Origin: a virus
IMG/VR virus record: IMGVR_UViG_3300048904_000337
Coordinates: 1-64,000 of that record
DNA length: 64,000 bases
Reading direction: 5' to 3' (one strand)
The stretch's first letter is position 1. The number at the start of each line of letters is the position of its first letter. Below, piece after piece: positions 34,700 through 43,125 of this stretch. A model generated the notes under the pieces. The model searched no databases and was not told where the DNA came from. It saw only the letters and a list, made by a program, of their open reading frames with translations. Both the position numbers and the translations under genes were made by a program.

Positions 34700-34945
34700 T
34701 TACCAAATTATAATGGAAATAGTTATAACAGTTTCAACTACTGAGGCTTCTTGCGCAATAGTTGGATTGGACTTTTGCCAATTCTCGAATACTCTATCCG
34801 CATCTTCTTTATTATCCCAAAGCTTTGGGCCTTGTCTATTGCTATTATTCCACGGGTTCCAGTATCGGTGGCTTACACTGGAATTCTTATGCGGCATCAA
34901 TGCGTTAGTTGGATAATGGTAAATAGCAAAAGACTTGATATGCAT
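34700..34945 (-). CDS. hypothetical protein, first gene of leftward operon
   Basis: ORF track gives 34700..34990. The promoter -10 box lies inside that extension, so ATG 34943-34945 (MHIKSFAIYHY...) is preferred. Confidence 0.45.
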   Translation of the reverse strand: MHIKSFAIYHYPTNALMPHKNSSVSHRYWNPWNNSNRQGPKLWDNKEDADRVFENWQKSNPTIAQEASVVETVITISIIIW

Positions 34946-34978
34946 TAAAAGTTCCAGTAAATTAGTATTGATACGCGC

Positions 34979-35007
34979 ATTATATAGCAACTAAATTAAA
35001 TTGAGAA
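34979..35007 (-). promoter_or_regulatory. leftward sigma70-like promoter
   Basis: Minus sense: TTCTCA, 17-nt spacer, TATAAT. Confidence 0.45.
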
Positions 35008-35199
35008 CTAGTAATTATTGTCGGAAGATAATTAGGCTAGTTAGGCACTAACCCACAGTGGTACGCACAGTCGTGCTTTAGCGGAGTTTCAACTTCCTGG
35101 CAATTATAACTTTCTAAACTTTTACTTGCTTTAAACAATTACTGTCAGCAAGTTTGCTTTATTAATTTATAACTAACTAGCTGCTTTCTTTTTTTCTAA

Positions 35200-35780
35200 T
35201 TTTATTTTGCAGCAACTGTGTCGTGTCGCAGCAAAGCTACCTCTGTGTACTCCTAGCCGCTACCATCTAGTGGCTCTATTCTCTGTCCTTTATATCTACT
35301 TTCATCCTTACCACTATTATTTTTTTTTTAATAATATTATATATAGATAATAGAAAAGTAACCCCTATCCCTAGGCCAAATAGGCGTCACGTAGTAGCCT
35401 CTTGTTGCAGCCGCTGCAAAGCTAGTTTCTGCTATTCGAGAGCACGCCGTGCAAGGCTTTCGGATGTGTCATGCTGCGATTTTTGGCCTTGTTGCGCAGC
35501 AGAACGCAGCAAAGCAACAGTACACGGTAGGGCGCTATGCAAGAAGGGCTATTTTATTGAAAATAAGTGGCTGAAACAGCATTTCATCGTTACCAAAATA
35601 AACCCTCCACCCAGCTATTTTCTGGTCGAAAAACATACTCGTATATACAAGTGCAGCACAATGCAGCAAACTGCAGCACAGCTAAATTTGCCTGCTGCAA
35701 TTTTCCGGAAACGCTGCACTTTTGCCCGCATTAATGGGTAACGCGCTATACTTGCTGCAGTACGCTGCAGTCCAATTAGC
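35200..35780. repeat. iteron-like GCAGCA/TGCTGC repeat field with central AT-rich tract (candidate replication origin)
   Basis: CGCAGCAAAGC occurs at 35227 and 35505, and the variant CGCTGCAAAGC at 35412. Clusters of TGCAGCA/GCTGCA lie at 35209, 35406, 35494, 35652-35682, 35692, 35713 and 35752-35772. The tract at 35305-35350 is almost pure A/T, including T10. Confidence 0.5.
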
Positions 35781-35871
35781 TGGCAGTCAATAATACAGCG
35801 CTAGAGCAAAGTTCGGCACTTTCGGCCTAACACTGTGGGTGGATAAGAACTTCGCTAGCTGCTTAATCCGC

Positions 35872-35900
35872 TATGTTCAAAAGTTAAAAAATGGTATAAA
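35872..35900 (+). promoter_or_regulatory. rightward promoter candidate (extended -10)
   Basis: TGGTATAAA extended -10. The -35 box (TATGTT) is weak. Confidence 0.35.
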
Positions 35901-35932
35901 ATGCGCAGAACTTCATTAATAGGTATCAGCTT

Positions 35933-36454
35933 ATGTCAGAGAAAATTTCCCCGGCTTTAGACCCGGCTAGTTATCTTGGATTGTCTGCAGGTTTGGCTTC
36001 CAGTGTTGGAGACCCAAGGGTTTTACTCGAGCAATCCGACATTTTATTAGCTCAAGCTCAATCTGGTGATTACTCAGTAATGATCCGTCACCACAATGCT
36101 TTGGCTCTTGCTAGTCAAATGGCTGCACATTCCGCTTTGCATAAGGCCTTGCAATGTGACTTGCCGGAAGAGCATGCCAAATGGATTGCTACTGCAACTA
36201 AGGCACAAGCAATTGCAAACAATGCAACTGCGCAAGTTATCTTGCTGACTAACACTGAAGAAAAGCTTAAGCCATATCGTCAGCAAATTCAAAATGATGC
36301 CAACCAAAAAGCTGCGCTTACTTTAAACAATGCCAAGGCCCTTGCGATCGCCAAGCAAATGTTCATTGAGCATAAAGCCCAGTTTGAAACAGAGATACTA
36401 CGAAGCAACATGTCGCCTGAAGAGTATCTTTCTTTGCAATGGGAAAATGAATAG
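35933..36454 (+). CDS. hypothetical protein, first gene of rightward operon
   Basis: 173-aa helical-looking ORF. Confidence 0.6.
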   Translation: MSEKISPALDPASYLGLSAGLASSVGDPRVLLEQSDILLAQAQSGDYSVMIRHHNALALASQMAAHSALHKALQCDLPEEHAKWIATATKAQAIANNATAQVILLTNTEEKLKPYRQQIQNDANQKAALTLNNAKALAIAKQMFIEHKAQFETEILRSNMSPEEYLSLQWENE

Positions 36455-36505
36455 TTGCTAGCTATTTACTTGCGCTTTTATACAGTGTAAAGTGACCGTC
36501 CACAG

Positions 36506-36600
36506 AAGTTTCCAAAAGGCTGTGCTATTAGCGTGAAGTGCTCCGGCTTCGGCGGGATTGGTCTCCCGCAGCGTTAATAGCACAGCACTTTTGGAAATTT
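36506..36600 (+). promoter_or_regulatory. long (~27 bp) near-perfect stem-loop upstream of primase gene
   Basis: Arms 36506-36533 and 36572-36600 pair with one bulge and two G-T wobbles. The apex holds a UUCG-capped hairpin (TCCGGC-ttcg-GCGGGA) and GGGA-ttggtc-TCCC. Confidence 0.55.
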
Positions 36601-36646
36601 CCTATCGGTCTGACCAACCGCAACCCGCCTCGGAGCTACGGCATAC

Positions 36647-39121
36647 ATGCTTTCGTACGACCCTATCTATCCCGCTGAGTTGCAAACAAGCGAGAACGCT
36701 TGGGGGCTTTGGAAACTCGGCATTGGCAAAGACGGTGAGATTTGCAAAAAGCAAGTCAAACTGAATGGCCGCAGTCCTGATCCAACTGACCCAACAACAC
36801 TTACTTCCTTTAAGCATGCAAGCGAGCAGCGCGATATTCTTGCAAAGCAAATGCTTGAGCCTGCAGTCGAAGCCTTCCTTAAGGCAACTCCTCAGGCATC
36901 ACGCTGTGGGTTGATCTGGCTTATTCAGCCGGGTTATGTTGTGATGGACTATGACAATCTTGCTGCCAACCCGCAGTATCGTTCTCTTTACGCTGCCAAC
37001 CCAACTTGGATTGAGCGATCGAGTCGAGGGGACGGTGTACACCAAGTCTTCTTCCATAAAGACAAGCCTAGTGGCGTGGTGACAAAGGTTGTCGATGGAA
37101 TTGATGCTCGTGGCTCGGGCACATTCCTTTACACTACTGGCAATTGTAATCCTGCTCAGCCGACAATTAATGAGCTGACACCTTTCTTGGAAGACGCCAT
37201 TTCTCAGCGCTCTCAGCAAATTGCTGAGCTTCGAGCTTCTCGGCTGTCGCTCAATTCGCTTTATGGCGAAGAAGTAACGGACGAGTATTTGCTGGCCAAG
37301 TTCCTTGAAGACCCCGAGGCTGTTCGACTGTCCAGCGACCCACAGGTTGTGCTTAAGTCGGAAGTCATGGGTCTGTTTGTCAATAGACTTTCGCGCTACT
37401 CTGCAGATGTAGACCAAATGGTCCGCGTTTTCTGCGGGTTTGCATGCGCCCGTCAAGAGAATATCAGCGAAGCAAAACGAAATCGCAAAGATATTACTGA
37501 CGTTGCGTCTTTGTTCCATTTGCACTTCGACTATATGTCAGAGAAGTGCTTGCTCGACTTGCCTATGGTCAAGTTCAATCTGACAATGGGCCAAGAAGAA
37601 ACGCATCTGCTCCCACCTGAAGAAGACGAGCAGACTACCAAGTTGGCAATGCCACCATTGCCACCAAATATGCAGGTTATTGCGAAGGCTTTGGACAGCG
37701 TAAGCGAAGTGGCAAAAGACGTCGCTCACCCGGCTGTTATACAGTTTGTCAGAATGATGGCAGATAATCGGTTACTTGCCGAAACTGTCTTCTTGGACAG
37801 CAAAAGTCGACTGCGCTTCTCATCCCAGCCGTCACGTGCGCTTGTGCATTTTATGACGCTAGCAAACTCTGGTCGCGGTAAGTCTCGATCTTATCGACGA
37901 ATTCGAGAGTTTTGCCGACTTCTTAACGCGCAGTATGCTTCCGATGGAACTCTATGCCTGTTGCCTGCTAGCCCAATCCGTGATATGGGTAAAGGCATGC
38001 AAGGTGCCCAGCGAATTGCAGCAAGTCTTGACTTAATGGACAAGCAAGGCGCATGCATCGCATTAACTGACGAAGCCGATGCTAACTTTGCATCTGTATC
38101 AGATCCAGGTGGCTCTAAAGCATTTCTGAAAGAGTTTACTGAAAACGTCAACTCCCCCGGTGCATCGACTGAGGCAGATAAAACTGCCGGTAGCCAAAAG
38201 CGGATTGAGCTTCGTGACTTGGTTGCACAGTTGAGCTACTTGTCTACCACCAAGGCAATGAAACCAATTTTGATGCAGCACCTCGGTGACGGCCTGTTAG
38301 CACGATTGGTTTTGTGGATCAGTAACGAACCAGCTATTACTTCTGACAGTTGGGACGGCTCCATCCATTATGTCGATGTTGAAGAACGTATTGATATTGG
38401 TGAAGCGGCTAAACTTTGTGCCCGCTATAAACAAGTACCAGCTTCAACAGTGACGTTTAGCAAAGAGCTTTTGCATAACACAAGTATTATTCGTCGGTTA
38501 CTTAGCCTAAATGACGCAGCTGGTAAAGACCAAGACATTGAGGAAGACGCATATAACAGGTATTCGCTGTACGCACAGTATCTGTCAGCTATTTATGCTT
38601 GGTCTGAAAATCCAGAAATGCCAACCCACACGGAGAACTCGCTCCTGTGGGGCATTTCAGTTATTGAGTATGCACGTGAAAGTTCCGCTAATTTCTTCAA
38701 GGACATTAATACAACTGTTGATGCATCTGGCTTTAATGAGCGAATGGCGCGCAGTAGCAGTATTTATGCGGATAAGTATTCCAGTTGTATTAACATGTTT
38801 TATACTGAGGGTACTGACTTAGGGCTACTTCGCAAAGAACTGCGCGAGTACCGTCGACTATCCCAAAAAGTTGACGAGAAAATAGCTGAACGCGTTTTGA
38901 CAGTTGGTATGTTTACGCAGTACAGTACAAAATTCTTTAAATTGTCACGGACAGAAGTCACTGCCAAGATCAAAACAGCTGCACTTCGTGAACTTGCACT
39001 AGATGGAATAATTGAACTTCGTTCTGAAGTGGGCATTGTACTTAACCCGCCTCCTGCAGAACTTCCAGCAACAACAGAAATTCGCCGCTTGAATACTCTT
39101 GCGGTACAACCGGAGCAATAA
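36647..39121 (+). CDS. bifunctional primase-polymerase / helicase-type replication protein
   Basis: 824 aa. N-terminal prim-pol motifs VVMDYDN (DxD) and SSRGDGVHQVFF. Central P-loop ANSGRGKSRS and Walker B IALTDEAD. Confidence 0.7.
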   Translation: MLSYDPIYPAELQTSENAWGLWKLGIGKDGEICKKQVKLNGRSPDPTDPTTLTSFKHASEQRDILAKQMLEPAVEAFLKATPQASRCGLIWLIQPGYVVMDYDNLAANPQYRSLYAANPTWIERSSRGDGVHQVFFHKDKPSGVVTKVVDGIDARGSGTFLYTTGNCNPAQPTINELTPFLEDAISQRSQQIAELRASRLSLNSLYGEEVTDEYLLAKFLEDPEAVRLSSDPQVVLKSEVMGLFVNRLSRYSADVDQMVRVFCGFACARQENISEAKRNRKDITDVASLFHLHFDYMSEKCLLDLPMVKFNLTMGQEETHLLPPEEDEQTTKLAMPPLPPNMQVIAKALDSVSEVAKDVAHPAVIQFVRMMADNRLLAETVFLDSKSRLRFSSQPSRALVHFMTLANSGRGKSRSYRRIREFCRLLNAQYASDGTLCLLPASPIRDMGKGMQGAQRIAASLDLMDKQGACIALTDEADANFASVSDPGGSKAFLKEFTENVNSPGASTEADKTAGSQKRIELRDLVAQLSYLSTTKAMKPILMQHLGDGLLARLVLWISNEPAITSDSWDGSIHYVDVEERIDIGEAAKLCARYKQVPASTVTFSKELLHNTSIIRRLLSLNDAAGKDQDIEEDAYNRYSLYAQYLSAIYAWSENPEMPTHTENSLLWGISVIEYARESSANFFKDINTTVDASGFNERMARSSSIYADKYSSCINMFYTEGTDLGLLRKELREYRRLSQKVDEKIAERVLTVGMFTQYSTKFFKLSRTEVTAKIKTAALRELALDGIIELRSEVGIVLNPPPAELPATTEIRRLNTLAVQPEQ

Positions 39122-39124
39122 ACC

Positions 39125-39490
39125 ATGACAATGACCGTACAACGTTACATCGAAATCAAAGAAGCACTTGACGCAGCAAAAGAGCTGGAAAGCGCAGCCC
39201 GTCAAGAGCTTGTAGCTCGGTCTGGGCATACTGCTAAAGGCTCAAAGACCGTCAAGATGGACGGCTTTAAAGTCTCCATTACCAACTCTGTCAACATCAC
39301 TATTTACGAGCCAGGCTTGGAAGAAGCCAAGCAAAAGCTAGGCGAGCGCTTTCAAGTTGCTTTTCGTACCAAGTTTGAGCCCAATGCTAAAGGCTGGAAA
39401 GAGCTTAATCCAACAGAGTTGGAAATTGCTGAAGAGGCAATTATTACTAAGCCTGGTACACCTCAGTTGTCCGTAAAAGGAGAAGCTTGA
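39125..39490 (+). CDS. hypothetical protein
   Basis: 121-aa ORF. Confidence 0.55.
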   Translation: MTMTVQRYIEIKEALDAAKELESAARQELVARSGHTAKGSKTVKMDGFKVSITNSVNITIYEPGLEEAKQKLGERFQVAFRTKFEPNAKGWKELNPTELEIAEEAIITKPGTPQLSVKGEA

Positions 39491-39496
39491 TTGGTT

Positions 39497-40054
39497 ATGC
39501 CTTTAGCAAAGGTATGCCGTGACTGCGGCGCGGATAGAGCTACTGCAAAATGGCATAAGCATGGCGGTGCTCGTTGCCATTTGTGCTACAACGTTATGAA
39601 GAACGCAACCAACAAGGCATTGAGAAGTACAGAAGAAGGCGCAGCAAAAGCTCGTGAATCCAAGCGTAAACATGCAGCAAAGCCTGAGACAAAAGAAAAG
39701 CATAGAAATCATATGCGAGAGTACGCGCGAAAACAAGCAGAATGCCCAGAATTTAGAAAATTAAATAGCCGAAGAGGATGCGCTTACGCAAAAGCAAATC
39801 CAGAAAGGGTGAATGCAAACTCTGCCAAAAGGCGGGCTGCAAAGCTTAAAAGAACGCCAAAATGGGCCAATATTGACGATATAACGGAATTTTATGCAAA
39901 TTGCCCAAAGGGTATGCATGTAGACCATACTATACCGTTGCAGGGAGAGCTTGTTAGCGGCTTACATTGTTTAGCCAACTTACAATATTTGCCAGCAGCA
40001 GAAAACTTTAGTAAAGGAAATAACTTTGATCCCAATACATTTGAGGCACTGTAA
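39497..40054 (+). CDS. HNH homing-type endonuclease, copy 1
   Basis: ORF track gives 39491..40054 (TTG start). ATG 39497 is preferred. N-terminal CRDCG...CHLC zinc finger. C-terminal HVDHTIPLQGELVSGLHCLANLQYLPAAENFSKGN. Confidence 0.8.
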   Translation: MPLAKVCRDCGADRATAKWHKHGGARCHLCYNVMKNATNKALRSTEEGAAKARESKRKHAAKPETKEKHRNHMREYARKQAECPEFRKLNSRRGCAYAKANPERVNANSAKRRAAKLKRTPKWANIDDITEFYANCPKGMHVDHTIPLQGELVSGLHCLANLQYLPAAENFSKGNNFDPNTFEAL

Positions 40055-40165
40055 GTGATTGATTCGTAACAACTAAGCAACTAACTTCTAACTATTTAAA
40101 CCCTAAATATTTACAACTATAACTAGCCTATATAAAATAGCCAAACTAACTGAGACAACACATTA

Positions 40166-40879
40166 ATGCAAATCAAAACAACTTCCGAAGCAGTTCCTGG
40201 CCCAGTTCGAATGGCAGTCTTTGGCCTTTCTGGTGCTGGCAAAACTATGCTAGCGGCAACAGCTCCAAGTCCATTGCTACTTAACGCTGAACGTGGTTTG
40301 CTGTCTCTTAGTCCAGCAAACATTGCTAAAGTCTACGGTGAAAACCAAGACTGGGTCACATACAATGTTCCATACATTGATGTGTCCACAGTTCAGGCCT
40401 TGAAGGATGTTTATGCTTGGCTGCAAACTCCAGCAGCGGCAATTTACAAAACAATCATTCTTGACTCTTTGTCTGATATTTCCGAAGTTGTTTTGGCTGA
40501 AGCCTTGGCAAACCCAACAGTCAAGGATCCTCGTCAAGCCTATGGTATTCTTGGCACTGATGTCTTGAACCTGGTTCGCGCTTTCCGTGACTTGCCAACT
40601 CACCACCACATTGTCTTCCTTTGCAAAGCAGAGAAGTTCACTGACGATGTAACAGGCTCTACCAACATCGGTATGAAGTTTCCAGGCAAAATGCTTCAGT
40701 CTGGCATGCCTTACCTGCTGGACGAAGTCTTTGCATTCGAGATTGCGGCCAACGGCAACCGCCAGCTTCGCACTAAAGCTAACTGGCAATATCAGTGCAA
40801 AGATCGTTCTGGCGTTCTTGACGAGCTGGAATATCCTAGCTTGATGCACATCTTTGCCAAGATGGGACACGCAATTTAA
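40166..40879 (+). CDS. RecA-fold ATPase (AAA_24 / Sak4-like)
   Basis: Walker A GLSGAGKT and Walker B IILDSLS. Followed by an SSB-like gene, the usual Sak4 context. Confidence 0.65.
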   Translation: MQIKTTSEAVPGPVRMAVFGLSGAGKTMLAATAPSPLLLNAERGLLSLSPANIAKVYGENQDWVTYNVPYIDVSTVQALKDVYAWLQTPAAAIYKTIILDSLSDISEVVLAEALANPTVKDPRQAYGILGTDVLNLVRAFRDLPTHHHIVFLCKAEKFTDDVTGSTNIGMKFPGKMLQSGMPYLLDEVFAFEIAANGNRQLRTKANWQYQCKDRSGVLDELEYPSLMHIFAKMGHAI

Positions 40880-40957
40880 GGGCCTACAGCATATTTGGTA
40901 CATGCAACCGCCTCATAAGCGGATGATAGACCGGTTCGAATCCGGCTAGGCCCACCA
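40880..40957 (+). tRNA. tRNA with CAU anticodon (Met, or Ile2 if lysidine-modified)
   Basis: Acceptor GGGCCTA/TAGGCCC plus ACCA. D-arm GCAT-ATTTGGTAC-ATGC. Anticodon loop CTCATAA. T-arm CCGG-TTCGAAT-CCGG. The G1-C72 pair argues against an initiator. Starts the nucleotide after the ATPase stop codon. Confidence 0.8.
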
Positions 40958-41028
40958 AGTAATAAATAACGGCTTAGGCACTGTGCCGTAAACAGTGCAA
41001 ACCACTTAACCTTAAAGAGAAAACGAAA

Positions 41029-41706
41029 ATGCAATTGAATTTCAACGCACAAGAAGTACAACCAGCTTCCGCCGACTTCGAACCAATTCCGGCCGGCTGG
41101 TACCAAGCTGTTATTGAGAAGGCTGAGTTCCTTCCTTTGAACAACGGCAACGGTTCCCGCATTTCGTTCCAAGCTCGCATTCAAGGTCCAACTCACGCTA
41201 ACCGCGTAGTGTTCGGCAGCATCAACTACCAGCACAACACCAGCCCACAAGCTCAAGAAATTGGCCAGCGTCAGCTGTCGGCTCTTTGCCATTCGATCAA
41301 TGTCATGGCGCTGAGCAATGTCCAGCAGCTGGTTGGCACTCCGTTCGAAGGCCGTGTAAAGGTTGTTCCAGCCCAATACCATGTCAAGGGCGATCCGTCC
41401 TCTGGCGTCCAGTATGAAGCCAAGAACGAGTTCCAGGGTTTCCGCGCAGTTGGTGCTGGCCAGGGAACTGGTGCAGGTGCAAGCGCAACTTCTGCTCCTG
41501 CGTCTTCTGCCCCGCAATCGGCGCCGCAAAGCCGTCCGCAATCTGCTCCGCAATCGGCACCGGCTCAGCAGTCTCCAGCAGCTGACCAAACCACTGCAAT
41601 CGATCCTGCCGTTCTTGCTGCAGCCCAAGACTTGATTGCTCAACAGCAACAAGCTTCGGTCGAGCAAGCGCAAACCACTACTGAGCTGCCAAAGCAACCT
41701 TGGTGA
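41029..41706 (+). CDS. single-strand DNA-binding-like protein (DUF669-like)
   Basis: 225 aa. Sits in the Sak4-like ATPase context. Has a Gln/Pro/Ser/Ala-rich linker with tandem repeats and a short conserved tail. Confidence 0.5.
   Translation: MQLNFNAQEVQPASADFEPIPAGWYQAVIEKAEFLPLNNGNGSRISFQARIQGPTHANRVVFGSINYQHNTSPQAQEIGQRQLSALCHSINVMALSNVQQLVGTPFEGRVKVVPAQYHVKGDPSSGVQYEAKNEFQGFRAVGAGQGTGAGASATSAPASSAPQSAPQSRPQSAPQSAPAQQSPAADQTTAIDPAVLAAAQDLIAQQQQASVEQAQTTTELPKQPW
41512..41559 (+). repeat. 4 x 12-nt in-frame tandem repeat (PQSA units)
   Basis: CCGCAATCGGCG / CCGCAAAGCCGT / CCGCAATCTGCT / CCGCAATCGGCA. Confidence 0.8.
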
Positions 41707-41768
41707 TCTAGCCCAGGTCAAGTAGCATAAAATGCATGCCAATGAAAGTTGGCGTGCATTTCTGGTAA

Positions 41769-42203
41769 ATGGAGTTTAGCATGACACCAAAATGGGAAAA
41801 GCGGTTCCTCGAGCTGGCGGCCACTGTGGGTCAGTGGTCTAAGCAAGAAAAGAAAGTCGGCGCGGTAGTCGTTCATACCGAAACCCGTCATGTTCTTGGA
41901 GTTGGCTATAATGGCCCTCCACCTGAGTACGACGACAACCTTTTGACCGAAGAAAACTCTACTGATATTGTTGTTCATGCCGAAGTGAATGCTATACGCA
42001 ATTCATCGGCGATAGGTGACAACTTAAGTGTGTTTGTATGTTTACACCCTTGCGCAAAATGTGCTACAATACTAGCTAGTGCAGGTAGGGTCAAACGCAT
42101 TGTCTGCCCACCACCAATCACAACCGGTCGTTGGGCTGAGTCCCAACTTAAAGCCGTTGGCATCTTTAACGAAGCAGGAATTGAGGTAAGTTATGTTTGC
42201 TGA
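41769..42203 (+). CDS. dCMP deaminase
   Basis: VVHAEVNAI (HAE zinc site) and CLHPCAKCATILASAG (PCxxC). Confidence 0.8.
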   Translation: MEFSMTPKWEKRFLELAATVGQWSKQEKKVGAVVVHTETRHVLGVGYNGPPPEYDDNLLTEENSTDIVVHAEVNAIRNSSAIGDNLSVFVCLHPCAKCATILASAGRVKRIVCPPPITTGRWAESQLKAVGIFNEAGIEVSYVC

Positions 42204-42393
42204 TCCACTTGACGTTGCAGACGCAAATACTACTAAACAGCTTGAAACAACGCTTGAAAACCGTGTTGTTTACACGGGCATAAGCAATGAGTTTTGCGAA
42301 GACTGTGACGACGAAATTCCTCTTGCTCGTCGTCTTGCTGGCGTAGACGCCAAAAAATGTGTTCATTGCCAAACCAAAGCTGAACGCAAATGA
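42193..42393 (+). CDS. DksA/TraR-type C4 zinc-finger protein
   Basis: CEDCDDEIPLARRLAGVDAKKCVHCQ. Confidence 0.7.
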   Translation: MFADPLDVADANTTKQLETTLENRVVYTGISNEFCEDCDDEIPLARRLAGVDAKKCVHCQTKAERK

Positions 42394-42866
42394 GTCAATT
42401 GAACTTTACGCCTCATGCTGCAGTTCCGTTTGTTATTGACCCACAGCGAGAAGCCAAGGTTCGTGACCGCTTGCCTACGCCAAAAGTCTGCCGCTATTGC
42501 AGCAGTCAAGTTGTCTTTGTCAACAACTCGCATGTCTACGGTTCTTCCGTAGGCTTTTGGCCATTTGTTTACACATGTGTGAGTTGCGACTCATTTGTTG
42601 GGACGCATACCGGCACCAATATTCCATTGGGAACATTAGCCAACCGCGAGCTACGCCAACTACGCCAAGTTGCTAAGCAATCGTTTTTGGCTATAAATAA
42701 GCAGCTTGGCAGAAATGCAACACAATCGTATAAATGGCTTGCTGAGCAACTTGGTAAGCCAGTCAATGAAACACACTTTGGCTGGTTTGAAGCTGAAGAC
42801 CTCAATAAAGCACTGCAAACAACTGAAGCTATACGAATTCAACTATCGGAGCAATCGCATGTCTAA
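42390..42866 (+). CDS. zinc-finger protein (DUF3268-like)
   Basis: CRYCSSQV...CVSCDSFVGTH. The family is recalled, not verified. Confidence 0.5.
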   Translation: MSQLNFTPHAAVPFVIDPQREAKVRDRLPTPKVCRYCSSQVVFVNNSHVYGSSVGFWPFVYTCVSCDSFVGTHTGTNIPLGTLANRELRQLRQVAKQSFLAINKQLGRNATQSYKWLAEQLGKPVNETHFGWFEAEDLNKALQTTEAIRIQLSEQSHV

Positions 42867-43125
42867 TCAATCTCTGCAAGAAGTTTTGGCACAACGCGGT
42901 AACTCGCATGGCCACATTACTATTCAAGCTGCTTTGTCGCAAGAATTTAAAGCAGCTGCAATGGCTTCTCCTAACTGGGATAAGTTGGAACCGTATCAAA
43001 AGGAATGTATTGAGATGATTCTGCATAAAGTGTCTCGAGCATTGACTGGCGACTACAAAGAACCAGACCATTACAAAGACATTGCTGGCTACTCAACTCT
43101 TGTTGAACGGGAGCTGACTAAGTGA
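42859..43125 (+). CDS. hypothetical protein
   Basis: ORF track gives 42706..43125. ATG 42859 overlaps the upstream gene's end. Confidence 0.5.
   Translation: MSNQSLQEVLAQRGNSHGHITIQAALSQEFKAAAMASPNWDKLEPYQKECIEMILHKVSRALTGDYKEPDHYKDIAGYSTLVERELTK

Noticed and set aside
35466-35741. 91-aa + strand ORF (MSCCDFWPCCAAERSK...) inside the ori-like region
   Set aside because: It has a GTG start and no RBS. Its Cys/Ala-rich composition simply reflects translation of the GCAGCA/TGCTGC repeats. It lies in a region better explained as regulatory or origin DNA.
36558-36764. 68-aa + strand ORF overlapping the long hairpin and the primase start
   Set aside because: It has a non-ATG start inside the stem-loop and overlaps the well-supported prim-pol ORF in another frame.
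40876-41742. Long antisense ORFs in the track (for example 40876..41742, 40277..40903, 46531..47082, 61834..62388, 7574..8275, 6508..7065)
   Set aside because: Each lies entirely opposite a well-supported gene with recognisable motifs. They have low-complexity or Arg/Ser/Cys-rich composition and no RBS. These are shadow ORFs.
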